From Chitinophagaceae bacterium (GTDB taxonomy: Bacteria > Bacteroidota > Bacteroidia > Chitinophagales > UBA10324): a stretch of DNA of 64,000 bases. Numbering within the stretch: position 1 is the stretch's first letter; the number at the start of each line of letters is the position of its first letter. Location of the stretch: positions 132,870 to 196,869 of the forward strand of contig CANIPU010000003.1 of NCBI GenBank assembly GCA_947469485.1. The letters are read 5' to 3'. The notes beneath the pieces were generated by a model that saw only the letters and a program-made list of their open reading frames with translations, searched no databases and had not been told where the DNA came from. The translations under genes and the position numbers were made by a program. Below, one piece after another: positions 48,153 to 57,219 of this stretch.

Positions 48153-49186
48153 TTTCGGATAATTATTTTTTGAAGCAATTTCCAAATTTTTAATTTCATT
48201 GGATGTAAAGCATACCCTTTATGAAATGTTGGAATTTGATCTGCGCCAAAACGCAATTTGAATTTTGTAATTCCTTCGGTAAACCTCAGATTAGCTTCAT
48301 TTTTTTTAAAAGAAGTTTCACCTAAAAAATAAGATTGATAACCCTTGTCTTTCAAACGCTTAATTATTTCCCAATGCAATAATTGTCCGGCGCCTAAATT
48401 GTTTTTTATAGTTCCTGCAAAATTGTATATCGAAATTTTTCCGAAATTATATAATAGAGCACCACATAAATACTTTCCTTCATGGCTTGCGAAAACTAAT
48501 TGTGCAGAATTATTTGATTTAAGGATTTCATATTCATACCGAATAAATTTTTTATTTGGCACATGACCCTTTTGATTTTTATAAGTTTCATCCATTAGAG
48601 TAAAAAACAAATCTATTTCGTCACTCCAAACAATGGCCACTTTATTTTTTTCTGCTTTGATCACCTTGCCCCTATGGGTTTGATCAACCGCACTCCAAAG
48701 ACTTTTAATACTTTTTGTTAGATCAATTTTTGCAATTCCAATATTACTTTCCCAAATTTTTTTCTCTTGTCCCAAAGAAATCAATTTTTCTGTTTCCCCA
48801 AAAAAACTGTATTCAAAAAACGAAGTCATCTTTTTTTCTTCTAACCATTTTTTAATTTTTTCATATAGAAGAGCATTAAATATTTCAAAGAACTCATTTT
48901 TGCCTCGATCAAATAAAAACTCACTTCCTTGGGTTGCTCGTTTGCTGATGGAACGCAATATTGCTGGCAACTTCTTAGACTCATAAAAATAAATTTTTAC
49001 TCCGCCAATTAATTCTTCACCATTGTAACATTCAAAATACCAAGCGTGATTATTGAAAAACAATTGAACCTCATCATAAAATGTTGCCTGCCATATATTG
49101 CCGCATTTTTCTGCTAGTTTATTCCAAAGTATAATATTACTAGGAGAATTTTCGGAGACAGTAATTTTAAAATCTTGGCTTGTCAT
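48149..49186 (-). CDS. FemAB-like / GNAT-fold acyl(aminoacyl)transferase family protein
   Basis: 345 aa. LVFASHEGKYLCGALLYNFGKISIYNFAGT...GAGQLLHWEIIKRLKDKGYQSYFLG resembles the second GNAT lobe of FemA/FemX-type transferases. 20-nt overlap with the upstream gene. Confidence 0.55.
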   Translation of the reverse strand: MTSQDFKITVSENSPSNIILWNKLAEKCGNIWQATFYDEVQLFFNNHAWYFECYNGEELIGGVKIYFYESKKLPAILRSISKRATQGSEFLFDRGKNEFFEIFNALLYEKIKKWLEEKKMTSFFEYSFFGETEKLISLGQEKKIWESNIGIAKIDLTKSIKSLWSAVDQTHRGKVIKAEKNKVAIVWSDEIDLFFTLMDETYKNQKGHVPNKKFIRYEYEILKSNNSAQLVFASHEGKYLCGALLYNFGKISIYNFAGTIKNNLGAGQLLHWEIIKRLKDKGYQSYFLGETSFKKNEANLRFTEGITKFKLRFGADQIPTFHKGYALHPMKLKIWKLLQKIIIRK

Positions 49187-52100
49187 ATAATTCTTCAGTT
49201 AAATCACTATAAAGCCTAAGTAATTTATGCTGTTCGTTCCCCCAATTTAATAATGTTTTTGAATTAATGACATTGTTTTTATATGTCGCCATGTTTTTTT
49301 CAAGTTCAAGAAAACCATTGTAATAAGCATCGGGGTCATCAGCATTTACGCACACACCAATATTATATTTTTCAATTATTTCGCGATGCTCAGGTTGCGC
49401 CGATGCAAGAATTGGCAACTCTGCCATTACATAGTGAAAAAGTTTATTCTCTAACCCGTACCAATAACTTAAATATCTTTTATTCCATGTGCTCAATAAC
49501 CCATAATCAGCGCCAGCAATTGTATTAACTATTTCTTCGGGCTGAATTGCAGAATGAAAATAAATATTTTTATAATCCGATTCCTTTACCCATTCTATTA
49601 TTTCGTTTTTATTACCACCCTCTCCGCAAATAAAAACAAGGGCAATACCCGGCTTGTTTGCAAATTGTTTAATTACAGTTTCAATGTTTCTTGATTTCCA
49701 ATAAATATATAATGAAAAATTTAATAAGATTTTCATAGCATCGGGTATATTCAAATCTTTTCGCAAGGTGCTTTTGTTTGAATCTGAATCTTCAATTTCT
49801 GCCATATTCCGAACAATAACAGAAGGATATTTAAGTTTTAAATATTTATTCAAATCTTTTCCAATGGAATTAGAAACAGTTATAAGTCTGTCAATTTTAT
49901 AGGCAGCTCTTTTTTCACGACGGACTTCAAACATTCTTACTATATCAGTTTTTAATTTCACCCAAAAGAACGAGCGATTCGAATAGTTAGTTGGCCATGA
50001 ATGAAATAATTCATGCGAATCATAAATTAGAACCGCTTCAGGTCTTTGTTTCTTTATTCTTGATCCAATATACAACATTAGCTGGTCGTGGCAATGAAGT
50101 ATATCAAAATTTTCATTCGCCAATGAATCTATTATATCCAAACGAGCTGCAATATTCTTAGGATCAAAAATATCTGCGTCAAATATCCGGTGAATTACAA
50201 TTCCATCCTTAATTTCTCTTTCTGGTAAATCGAATTTTTTTACAGCATAAATTGTAAGCGGATAACCAGCAGACACCAAAGTTTTAGCTTCACGATAAAC
50301 TCGGCTATCCATTGTAAATGAGTTGTCGAGCAACATAGCTATTCTTGGCAAGTTTAATTGGCTATAATTTGTTTCAATAGACAATTTTGTTTCGAGAAGA
50401 GGTTTATATAATTGAATTAATTTTTCCTTTTCATTTTCCCAGTTTAAAATAGTTTTTGCATTTTTTAGATTCCCGGAATATTGGGAATAGTTGCTAATAA
50501 TATTTTGCCACCCCTCGTAAAAAGCACCAGATTTTTCTGGATTTATACAAATTCCAATTTGGTATTTTTCAACAATTTCTAAATATTCAGGTTGAGCCGT
50601 ACAAAGAATCGGTATTTCAGCCATCATATAGGCAAACATTTTATTATCCAAAGCATACCAATAGCTTAAGTCTTTTTTATTCCAGGTAGAAATTATTCCA
50701 ACATCGCACCCCGACAAATACTCTGAAATAAGTTTATAAGAAATAAAATCATGGAAATAAATATTCTGGAGACCATTTTCTGAAACATAATTTTCTACTT
50801 CTTTTCTATGAACATTGTCAGAACTAATAATTATAAAAACTACATCTGGTTTGTTTCCGAATTCATCAAGTACCTGTGCAATGTTTCTTGATTTTAGGTA
50901 AATATTTGCACCAATGAAAACAAGAATTTTTTTATTTTCAGGGACATTGAATTTTTCCCGTAATATATTTTTTCTTTCTTTTAATTCCTGAAAACCAGTA
51001 ATATTTCTAACCACAAGTGGTTTGTTCTTTAATAAAAAATATCTGGTGAGGATGTTGGCTATTGATTGTGTAACTGTAATTAGAAAATCAATGTTTTTAC
51101 TAAATTTTCTTTCTCTTCTTATTTGAATTTTTCGTACAAAAATGGTTTTTAGAATTATCCATAATTTTTTTGAAGTAAAATTAATTGGCCATGAATGAAA
51201 CATTTCGTGAGAATCATATATTAGAACTGTGTCGGGATTGATTTTTTTTATCATGCCCCCTAAATTCAACATTAAATGATCATGGCAATGAATAACAGAA
51301 AACTTGTATGAAGCAATGTGTTTTGCAATAAATTTTAATTTCCAATAAGAATTAAGCCTAAAAATTTCTGCGGGAATAATTCGCTCAATCTTTACACCGT
51401 TTTTTATTTCACGAAAAGGTAAGCCTTCATGACACATACAAAAAATTGTGAGATCGTAATATTTTGCTAATGTTGTTGCCTCCTGAATTACGCGATTATC
51501 ATTTAAATAAGGATTGTCAAGTAACATTGCTACTCTTCCCCCTTTTTTAACTTTTGCAGATGGGGTTGAAATTCTTCTTCTTCTAAATATCCTCTTGTAA
51601 AACTTGCTTAAAGGCCTTAACTTCTTAAAAACAGTTAGAATAGAAGGATATTCGGTGTGTCGTTTTTCAGGCAATGACATTAGGCGCTTGAATTCTTCAT
51701 TATTCAATCCCAATTTTTTTAAAACAAAGTCTTTGTCTTGATTTAATTGATCAAGAGTAATACTTGGTTTTTTTATTTCTATTAACGCACTTTCTCTTGT
51801 TATTTGTTCCGAACAAATTAAAGTAGACAGATGAGATACTCTCTTGTCAATTTTAAATTTTATGGGCAATATATATGCTTGATAAAATCTGGTGATAATT
51901 GATTCAAAGTGTTTACCTCCATAATCCCGCCAGTTTAATTTTAAGCTTATTATTTTTTTTGCTTCATTTTTGTCATAATTAATATAATCAAGAAAGCGGA
52001 GGTATTTAATCCGTTTAATTTTTTCAAAATATAACAACTTTAAAAAACCAAGTTTTGGGAAGGTCTTTAATTTTTTTGTACCAAATAGATTATTTATTCC

Positions 52101-52718
52101 CTCAATATTTATTAAGTCATTTTTAAAGTGCACCCAATGTGATGGCAATAAACCTTCTGTGGCAGTGCTTTCACCGCTTAATATATATTTTACACCAAAT
52201 TTATTAGCAACCTTGTATAATGATGCAAATATGGCATGATCTGAAGTTGCTTCTATATCTATTACTGATGCCTTTAAATAAGCTAATTGCAGACTCTTAA
52301 ATTCCTCCCAATTTATTACTACAGTGTATAAATCAATATTTAATTTATTAAGAATCTCTGAAATATTGCTAACTGCTAATTCGGAATTCCATCCGTTGTC
52401 ACAATGAACAGCGAGCGGACGAAGCCCCAATTGCTTTATTTGATAAGCCACATAAGTACTATCTATGCCACCGCTTATCCCGATTATACAATCATATTTT
52501 TTGCCTCGACCTTTTCTTTTTATTTCATTGACGAGTTTTATTAAAGTTTCTTCACGCTCTGGAGATTTCAGAATTCTTTCTGAAATAATTTTATCATAAA
52601 GGTGACAATGATTGCACATTCCATTTTCATCAAAGAAAATAGCAGGACCATCGTTCGTTGACAATATGCATCTAGTGCAAATCTGGTAAGGTCTGTTTGA
52701 TTGCATAATAAGCCACAA
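49167..52718 (-). CDS. Fusion protein: N-acetyl sugar amidotransferase (WbuX/WbpG/PseA-type PP-loop) plus two tandem GT4-like glycosyltransferase modules
   Basis: The N-terminus PYQICTRCILSTNDGPAIFFDENGMCNHCHLY plus GISGGIDSTY (PP-loop) is the WbuX family pattern (aa 1 to about 390). Two ~395-aa modules follow, starting RVAMLLDN (about 51536) and RIAMLLDN (about 50351). They share HCHDxLML, YDSHE(M/L)FHSWP, LITV(T/S)(Q/N)SI, SYWY(A/G)L(D/E)NK, MAE(I/L)PIL and AQPE(Y/H). Confidence 0.8.
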   Translation of the reverse strand: MWLIMQSNRPYQICTRCILSTNDGPAIFFDENGMCNHCHLYDKIISERILKSPEREETLIKLVNEIKRKGRGKKYDCIIGISGGIDSTYVAYQIKQLGLRPLAVHCDNGWNSELAVSNISEILNKLNIDLYTVVINWEEFKSLQLAYLKASVIDIEATSDHAIFASLYKVANKFGVKYILSGESTATEGLLPSHWVHFKNDLINIEGINNLFGTKKLKTFPKLGFLKLLYFEKIKRIKYLRFLDYINYDKNEAKKIISLKLNWRDYGGKHFESIITRFYQAYILPIKFKIDKRVSHLSTLICSEQITRESALIEIKKPSITLDQLNQDKDFVLKKLGLNNEEFKRLMSLPEKRHTEYPSILTVFKKLRPLSKFYKRIFRRRRISTPSAKVKKGGRVAMLLDNPYLNDNRVIQEATTLAKYYDLTIFCMCHEGLPFREIKNGVKIERIIPAEIFRLNSYWKLKFIAKHIASYKFSVIHCHDHLMLNLGGMIKKINPDTVLIYDSHEMFHSWPINFTSKKLWIILKTIFVRKIQIRRERKFSKNIDFLITVTQSIANILTRYFLLKNKPLVVRNITGFQELKERKNILREKFNVPENKKILVFIGANIYLKSRNIAQVLDEFGNKPDVVFIIISSDNVHRKEVENYVSENGLQNIYFHDFISYKLISEYLSGCDVGIISTWNKKDLSYWYALDNKMFAYMMAEIPILCTAQPEYLEIVEKYQIGICINPEKSGAFYEGWQNIISNYSQYSGNLKNAKTILNWENEKEKLIQLYKPLLETKLSIETNYSQLNLPRIAMLLDNSFTMDSRVYREAKTLVSAGYPLTIYAVKKFDLPEREIKDGIVIHRIFDADIFDPKNIAARLDIIDSLANENFDILHCHDQLMLYIGSRIKKQRPEAVLIYDSHELFHSWPTNYSNRSFFWVKLKTDIVRMFEVRREKRAAYKIDRLITVSNSIGKDLNKYLKLKYPSVIVRNMAEIEDSDSNKSTLRKDLNIPDAMKILLNFSLYIYWKSRNIETVIKQFANKPGIALVFICGEGGNKNEIIEWVKESDYKNIYFHSAIQPEEIVNTIAGADYGLLSTWNKRYLSYWYGLENKLFHYVMAELPILASAQPEHREIIEKYNIGVCVNADDPDAYYNGFLELEKNMATYKNNVINSKTLLNWGNEQHKLLRLYSDLTEELYDKPRF

Positions 52719-52724
52719 ACATAA

Positions 52725-53474
52725 CTACCATTTCAATTCAGAAGAAGAAGGAAAAGAAATCATTACTGCTTTATGCTTTCCTGTAAATACAAACATGCTG
52801 CCAGCCGCGACAGCTGATGCCCCAGCCTTAACTGCCTTGTGCAAGTCAATGATTGATGCCGCACCACCACAAGCAATGAATGGTACAGATACGAAATCGG
52901 AAATTTCGCTTATAAGTTTCAGATCGTATCCCATTCCGGTTCCATCTCGATGAACAGCTTGCAATAAAATTTCACCGGCCCCGGATTCCTGTATATGCTT
53001 AATATAATCTATAGTGCCATATTTGTTTTTTTTACCTGAAGCAGAATACAAAACATACTTTCCAAAAAAATTTTGTGTAACATCAACTGAAGCTACAATT
53101 GTTGAGCTTGCAAATTGTTCGACCGCTTCTGAAATGAATTTTGGATTTTCAAAAGAAACTGAATTAATTATCACCTTCTCTACCCCTGATTTTATTAATT
53201 GTTCAATATCGCTTAAAGTTTTTACTCCACCACCGTATGCAAGAGGCATAAAACATTCGCTTGCCAGATCACGGACAAGATTATAGTTGATAGGTTGATT
53301 TTTTTTTGATGCGTCAATATCAAGCACAACAATTTCATCTACTTCTTTTTCATTAAATATTTTAATCGCATTAATCGGGTCGCCAACATATCTAGGCGAA
53401 GAAAATTTTTCGGTCTTCACCAAGGCGCCTTGTTGAATTAATAAAACAGGAATAATACGGGAGCGGTAACTCAT
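52725..53474 (-). CDS. hisF: HisF-like cyclase subunit (WbuZ / AglZ-HisF2-type, glycan amidation-associated)
   Basis: RIIPVLLIQQGALVKT...DEIVVLDI...GGGV...VASVD...GAGEILLQAVHRDGTGMGYD...IACGGA is a HisF TIM-barrel pattern. It sits in a glycan cluster, not a histidine operon. Confidence 0.85.
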   Translation of the reverse strand: MSYRSRIIPVLLIQQGALVKTEKFSSPRYVGDPINAIKIFNEKEVDEIVVLDIDASKKNQPINYNLVRDLASECFMPLAYGGGVKTLSDIEQLIKSGVEKVIINSVSFENPKFISEAVEQFASSTIVASVDVTQNFFGKYVLYSASGKKNKYGTIDYIKHIQESGAGEILLQAVHRDGTGMGYDLKLISEISDFVSVPFIACGGAASIIDLHKAVKAGASAVAAGSMFVFTGKHKAVMISFPSSSELKW

Positions 53475-54085
53475 TTCAATGCAGCAAAATTTTTATACAA
53501 TTCCATTCCATATTTATGACTTTTTTCTGGGTGAAACTGAACACCATAAATATTTTCTTTCTGAATACCTGAAATAAAATTATATCCATAATGAGTTTGT
53601 AACCATTTGTTTTCTTCCGGAACATTATCTAAATGAAAAGCATGAACAAAGTAAAAACGATGCTCTTCATGCAATTTTAATAGCGCGACATCTCTCAATT
53701 GTTTAACCGAATTCCAGCCCATGTGTGGGACCCGGATTGGTTCTGTTGCTTTCTCGGGTTTGAAACGAATTACATCAGCATCAATCCATCCGAGACCTTT
53801 TAATTGACCTTCTTCACTTTGTTTACACATTAATTGAACTCCCAAACAAACTCCAAGTACCGATATTTTGTCTTTCAGTACTTTATAGTTCAGCATTTCA
53901 ATCCAACCTCTGTCTTTCAGCAATTTCATTCCTGTATCGAACGAACCAACTCCTGGAAGAATAATTTTTTTTGCTTCAGCTATTTCTGCTGGAATGGAGG
54001 TGATAATAGAATCAGCACCTATTTTTTTCAGCATGTTTTTTATGCTTGAAATATTTCCTGCTCCGTAATCAATTATATAAACCAT
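53471..54085 (-). CDS. hisH: HisH-like glutamine amidotransferase subunit (WbuY-type)
   Basis: IIDYGAGNISSIKNML...LPGVGSF...GVCLGVQL (catalytic Cys)...GVQFHPEKS. ATGA overlap with the hisF-like gene. Confidence 0.9.
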   Translation of the reverse strand: MVYIIDYGAGNISSIKNMLKKIGADSIITSIPAEIAEAKKIILPGVGSFDTGMKLLKDRGWIEMLNYKVLKDKISVLGVCLGVQLMCKQSEEGQLKGLGWIDADVIRFKPEKATEPIRVPHMGWNSVKQLRDVALLKLHEEHRFYFVHAFHLDNVPEENKWLQTHYGYNFISGIQKENIYGVQFHPEKSHKYGMELYKNFAALK

Positions 54086-54106
54086 AATCTAAAAAGAATA
54101 TAATTA

Positions 54107-55264
54107 TTAAAGAATTTGTTGATATAATTCAAGCAGTTTTATTTGTTCATTTTCCCAACACAAAACCTTTTTAGCTTTTTGTAAAAAGTCAAGATAGTTT
54201 TCTTGTTGTGATAATATAAGTTTTAATCCATTTGCGTACGAACCTGGAATATCTGGGTCAACACAAATTCCAACTCCAAAACCCTCAACAATTTTTTTAT
54301 ATTCAGGTTGTGCACTTGCAAGAATTGGAATTTCAGCCATAATGTAACTGAATATTTTATTATCCAATGCAAGCCAATAGGAAAGATCTTTTTTATTCCA
54401 AGCAGAAACAATACCCACATCACACCCGCTTAAAACACTTGTGATTTGATCAATTGGAATGAGGGGATGAAAAAAAACATTTCCCCATTTGTTTTCGTTT
54501 ATCCAATTTCTGAACCAATCAGAATGAGAATCCTTTCCGGTAATAATAACAATTGAAATATTTTTCATTGGAGCTATTTCTTCAATAGCTTGTTCCATTC
54601 GTTTAGTGTGGCGATATAAATGAGCTCCGATATAAACAAGAATTTTATTTGAAACTGGAATAGAAAAGTTTTCTCTTATATAATAACTTTTAACTATATT
54701 TATTTCTAACCTTGGAATGTTTCGAGTGATGATAGGCGGGGTTTTAATTTGAAAATAATTGCTAAGTATATTTGCAAGTGATTGATTAACGGTAATTAAG
54801 TAGTCAATTTTTTTTCCGTCTTTCTTCTCTTGAATAATCTCCAGCTTTCTAACGATCCACGATTTAAACCAGATAAAAAATCCTGTCCGGGAAACATGAA
54901 GTGGCCACTCGTGAAATAATTCATGTGATTCGTAAATCAATTTTGTATTAGGGAATTTTTCACAAATCATGGTTCCTAAACGAAGCATAATTCGATCGTG
55001 ACAGTGAAGTATTTTAAAATTAAATGCGCCGATTTTTTGTATAAAAATTTGCAGAATTTTTTTATTTCGAAATAAAAAAATGTCAGAAGAAAAACACCTA
55101 TGGATAAAGAGATTGTTTCGAATTTCTTCTTGAGGAAAACCATCTTCTTTCATACAAAAAAGATGAACCTCAATATCTAGACTGCATAAACTTTCAATTT
55201 CTAATTTAGATCGACGATCAATTGTTAATGTGTTGTCTAATAAAACAGCAATTTTTTCTTTCAT
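54107..55264 (-). CDS. GT4-like glycosyltransferase module, stand-alone paralogue of the two modules fused in 49167-52718
   Basis: KIAVLLDN, HCHDRIML, YESHELFHEWP, LITVNQSLAN, SYWLALDNKIF, MAEIPILASAQPEY and LCWENE mirror the fused modules. Start moved to MKEKIAV (55264), 4 nt after the PIG-L stop. Confidence 0.7.
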   Translation of the reverse strand: MKEKIAVLLDNTLTIDRRSKLEIESLCSLDIEVHLFCMKEDGFPQEEIRNNLFIHRCFSSDIFLFRNKKILQIFIQKIGAFNFKILHCHDRIMLRLGTMICEKFPNTKLIYESHELFHEWPLHVSRTGFFIWFKSWIVRKLEIIQEKKDGKKIDYLITVNQSLANILSNYFQIKTPPIITRNIPRLEINIVKSYYIRENFSIPVSNKILVYIGAHLYRHTKRMEQAIEEIAPMKNISIVIITGKDSHSDWFRNWINENKWGNVFFHPLIPIDQITSVLSGCDVGIVSAWNKKDLSYWLALDNKIFSYIMAEIPILASAQPEYKKIVEGFGVGICVDPDIPGSYANGLKLILSQQENYLDFLQKAKKVLCWENEQIKLLELYQQIL

Positions 55265-55268
55265 TCCA

Positions 55269-55901
55269 TTAATAAATAAACTTAAGTACTTCAAAGGCCT
55301 CTGCAAATTCTGAATTTACCTGAACCCCTCTTGAAATTGCTAATCCACGAATAAAATTTTCATTTAAATATGATCTGTGAAGTTGTGATTTATATTCTTT
55401 TAGTGCCTTTGCTTTTTTTAGGATGTGTACTTCTTTGAGTTTAATAAAACAACTGGTTTGGAAATTAAGATTGTTCCATGGTAATTCATAGCCAAGAATT
55501 GAAATATCTCTGAATGAGCGGAGTCCTTCATTATGAATAACTTGATGATCTTGGTGCAAATCTGTTGAGCAAGGGAGAAAAATTAAATCAGGATTTAATT
55601 CTTTTTTTAACTTTACCATATCTTCTAATATGTTTTGTCTATAAGAATTAAAATTTCTAACATTATAATCAAACAACCTAAGATTTTCAGGAGGAATACC
55701 AAGAATTTTTGTGGCATTATTTAATTCCTTTTCTAATGTATCAGGGGACAATCCTTCTTCAAGGGAGTTGCGACAAATAGAAAATGCAGCATAATAAATT
55801 TCTTTTCCTTCATCTACAAAACGCGCAATGCTACCACCCAACCCCAATTCGCCATCGTCGGTATGTGGCGCTAAAACGAGAATTCTTTTTTTATTGATCA
55901 T
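55269..55901 (-). CDS. PIG-L family deacetylase
   Basis: ILVLAPHTDDGELGLGG (PIG-L/LmbE motif) and HQDH. 210 aa. Confidence 0.85.
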   Translation of the reverse strand: MINKKRILVLAPHTDDGELGLGGSIARFVDEGKEIYYAAFSICRNSLEEGLSPDTLEKELNNATKILGIPPENLRLFDYNVRNFNSYRQNILEDMVKLKKELNPDLIFLPCSTDLHQDHQVIHNEGLRSFRDISILGYELPWNNLNFQTSCFIKLKEVHILKKAKALKEYKSQLHRSYLNENFIRGLAISRGVQVNSEFAEAFEVLKFIY

Positions 55902-55951
55902 GATTTTTATTCAGCGGCTCAAATATAAGCCTTGACATTGTTGAATATTTT

Positions 55952-57199
55952 CTACTTTGGAATCAGCACTTTAACAATTGAATTTATCTCTTCATTATTC
56001 TTCAACACAACGATGTAGCAACCTGAAGGTAAATTCGAATTGATGAATTGCACACTTTTGTTTTTATTAATTGCCTGCTCAAAAACTTTTCGCCCCAACA
56101 CATCATAAAACACTAACGAATTTGAAATTTCTGATTGAATATGAATTCGACCATCAGAATAAAATATTTTTTCATCAGAGTGAATGTCCGATTCCATAAT
56201 TCCGGAAGGAAGAACTGTTATTGTTTGTGTTGATGTATCATTCAAACAATGACCAGTTACAATTTGTGAAACAGTATAAGTTCCGGGGGCATAATTGTGA
56301 GAAGGATTTTGTTGTGTTGATGAACTTCCGTCTCCCAAATCCCACTGAAACTGAGTGCCATTCAAATCAGTTGATTGAAATGTAACAGTGGTTCCAGTGG
56401 CAGAAAAATCAAATCCGGCAAATGGAATATTCCCGCTTTCAAACCATAGCGATAAACTGTCAAATACTATTGCTTCAGCTGTTTGTTGTAAAAGCAATGC
56501 AATAGTATCGGGAATAGTTGAATAATAGGTTGCACCAACAGGGGATTTCTGATAAATAACTGAATAGAAAACACAGGCTGTTAAGTAGGTTCCGTAAACT
56601 GAAGGGTGGCTTTGGTCCGTCTGATATAAATCAAAAGACAAACTATCAGCAATAATTTTTTTCCACGCCATGCCTACCGGGACAACAGTAGCGTCATTCA
56701 TTTGCCCCATTGCCAGATAGCTTTCGCGTAACCCTTGTTGCATACCTTCATATGTACAAATTGGAGGGTAGCTGGAACAATTTGAGGCATCGCCGTTTTT
56801 TCTTCCCCAGGTCATGTAAAAAACTGTTTCAGTACAGGAATCATTTTCATGAATCAAGCTATCTAAAGTAGTTGCAAATGGATATACTTCTGTTTGAACC
56901 TGAGATTGCGGAAAAGCAGGCATCTGACTTTGCTCCTGCAACACCACATAATTCCACTGTTGTTGCGAAATTTTTGCGAGCGTTGTTGTGTTAGTTGTGT
57001 GTTGCTGAAAAGTATAGCCACCCGGTGCACTTACATCAGTAAATAGGGTGTCTCCTTTTGATAAGGCAAGCAGCTGAACAGTGGCAGGCAAATTATTGAC
57101 AGAAGTATAACTGTTGCCTATAAAGAGCACGGATGTTGCCTGAGCTGAAATTCTTTGCGCCAGAATCAGTAATAATAGAAATGCAATTATTTTTTTCAT
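55952..57199 (-). CDS. Secreted SGNH/DUF4886-like hydrolase-fold protein with PKD domain and T9SS CTD
   Basis: Signal peptide. SVLFIGNSYT is an SGNH-like block I. FQWDLGDGSSSTQQNPSHNYAPGTYTVSQIV is a PKD domain. The C-terminus ...GCYIVVLK...VKVLIPK is T9SS CTD-like. Confidence 0.65.
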   Translation of the reverse strand: MKKIIAFLLLLILAQRISAQATSVLFIGNSYTSVNNLPATVQLLALSKGDTLFTDVSAPGGYTFQQHTTNTTTLAKISQQQWNYVVLQEQSQMPAFPQSQVQTEVYPFATTLDSLIHENDSCTETVFYMTWGRKNGDASNCSSYPPICTYEGMQQGLRESYLAMGQMNDATVVPVGMAWKKIIADSLSFDLYQTDQSHPSVYGTYLTACVFYSVIYQKSPVGATYYSTIPDTIALLLQQTAEAIVFDSLSLWFESGNIPFAGFDFSATGTTVTFQSTDLNGTQFQWDLGDGSSSTQQNPSHNYAPGTYTVSQIVTGHCLNDTSTQTITVLPSGIMESDIHSDEKIFYSDGRIHIQSEISNSLVFYDVLGRKVFEQAINKNKSVQFINSNLPSGCYIVVLKNNEEINSIVKVLIPK

Positions 57200-57219
57200 A
57201 AAATTTTTTAAATAGAAAA

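Noticed and set aside
52725-54085. hisF and hisH as part of a histidine biosynthesis operon.
   Set aside because: No other his genes are nearby. They are flanked by a WbuX-type amidotransferase and glycosyltransferase-like genes, which is the known WbuY/WbuZ glycan-amidation context.
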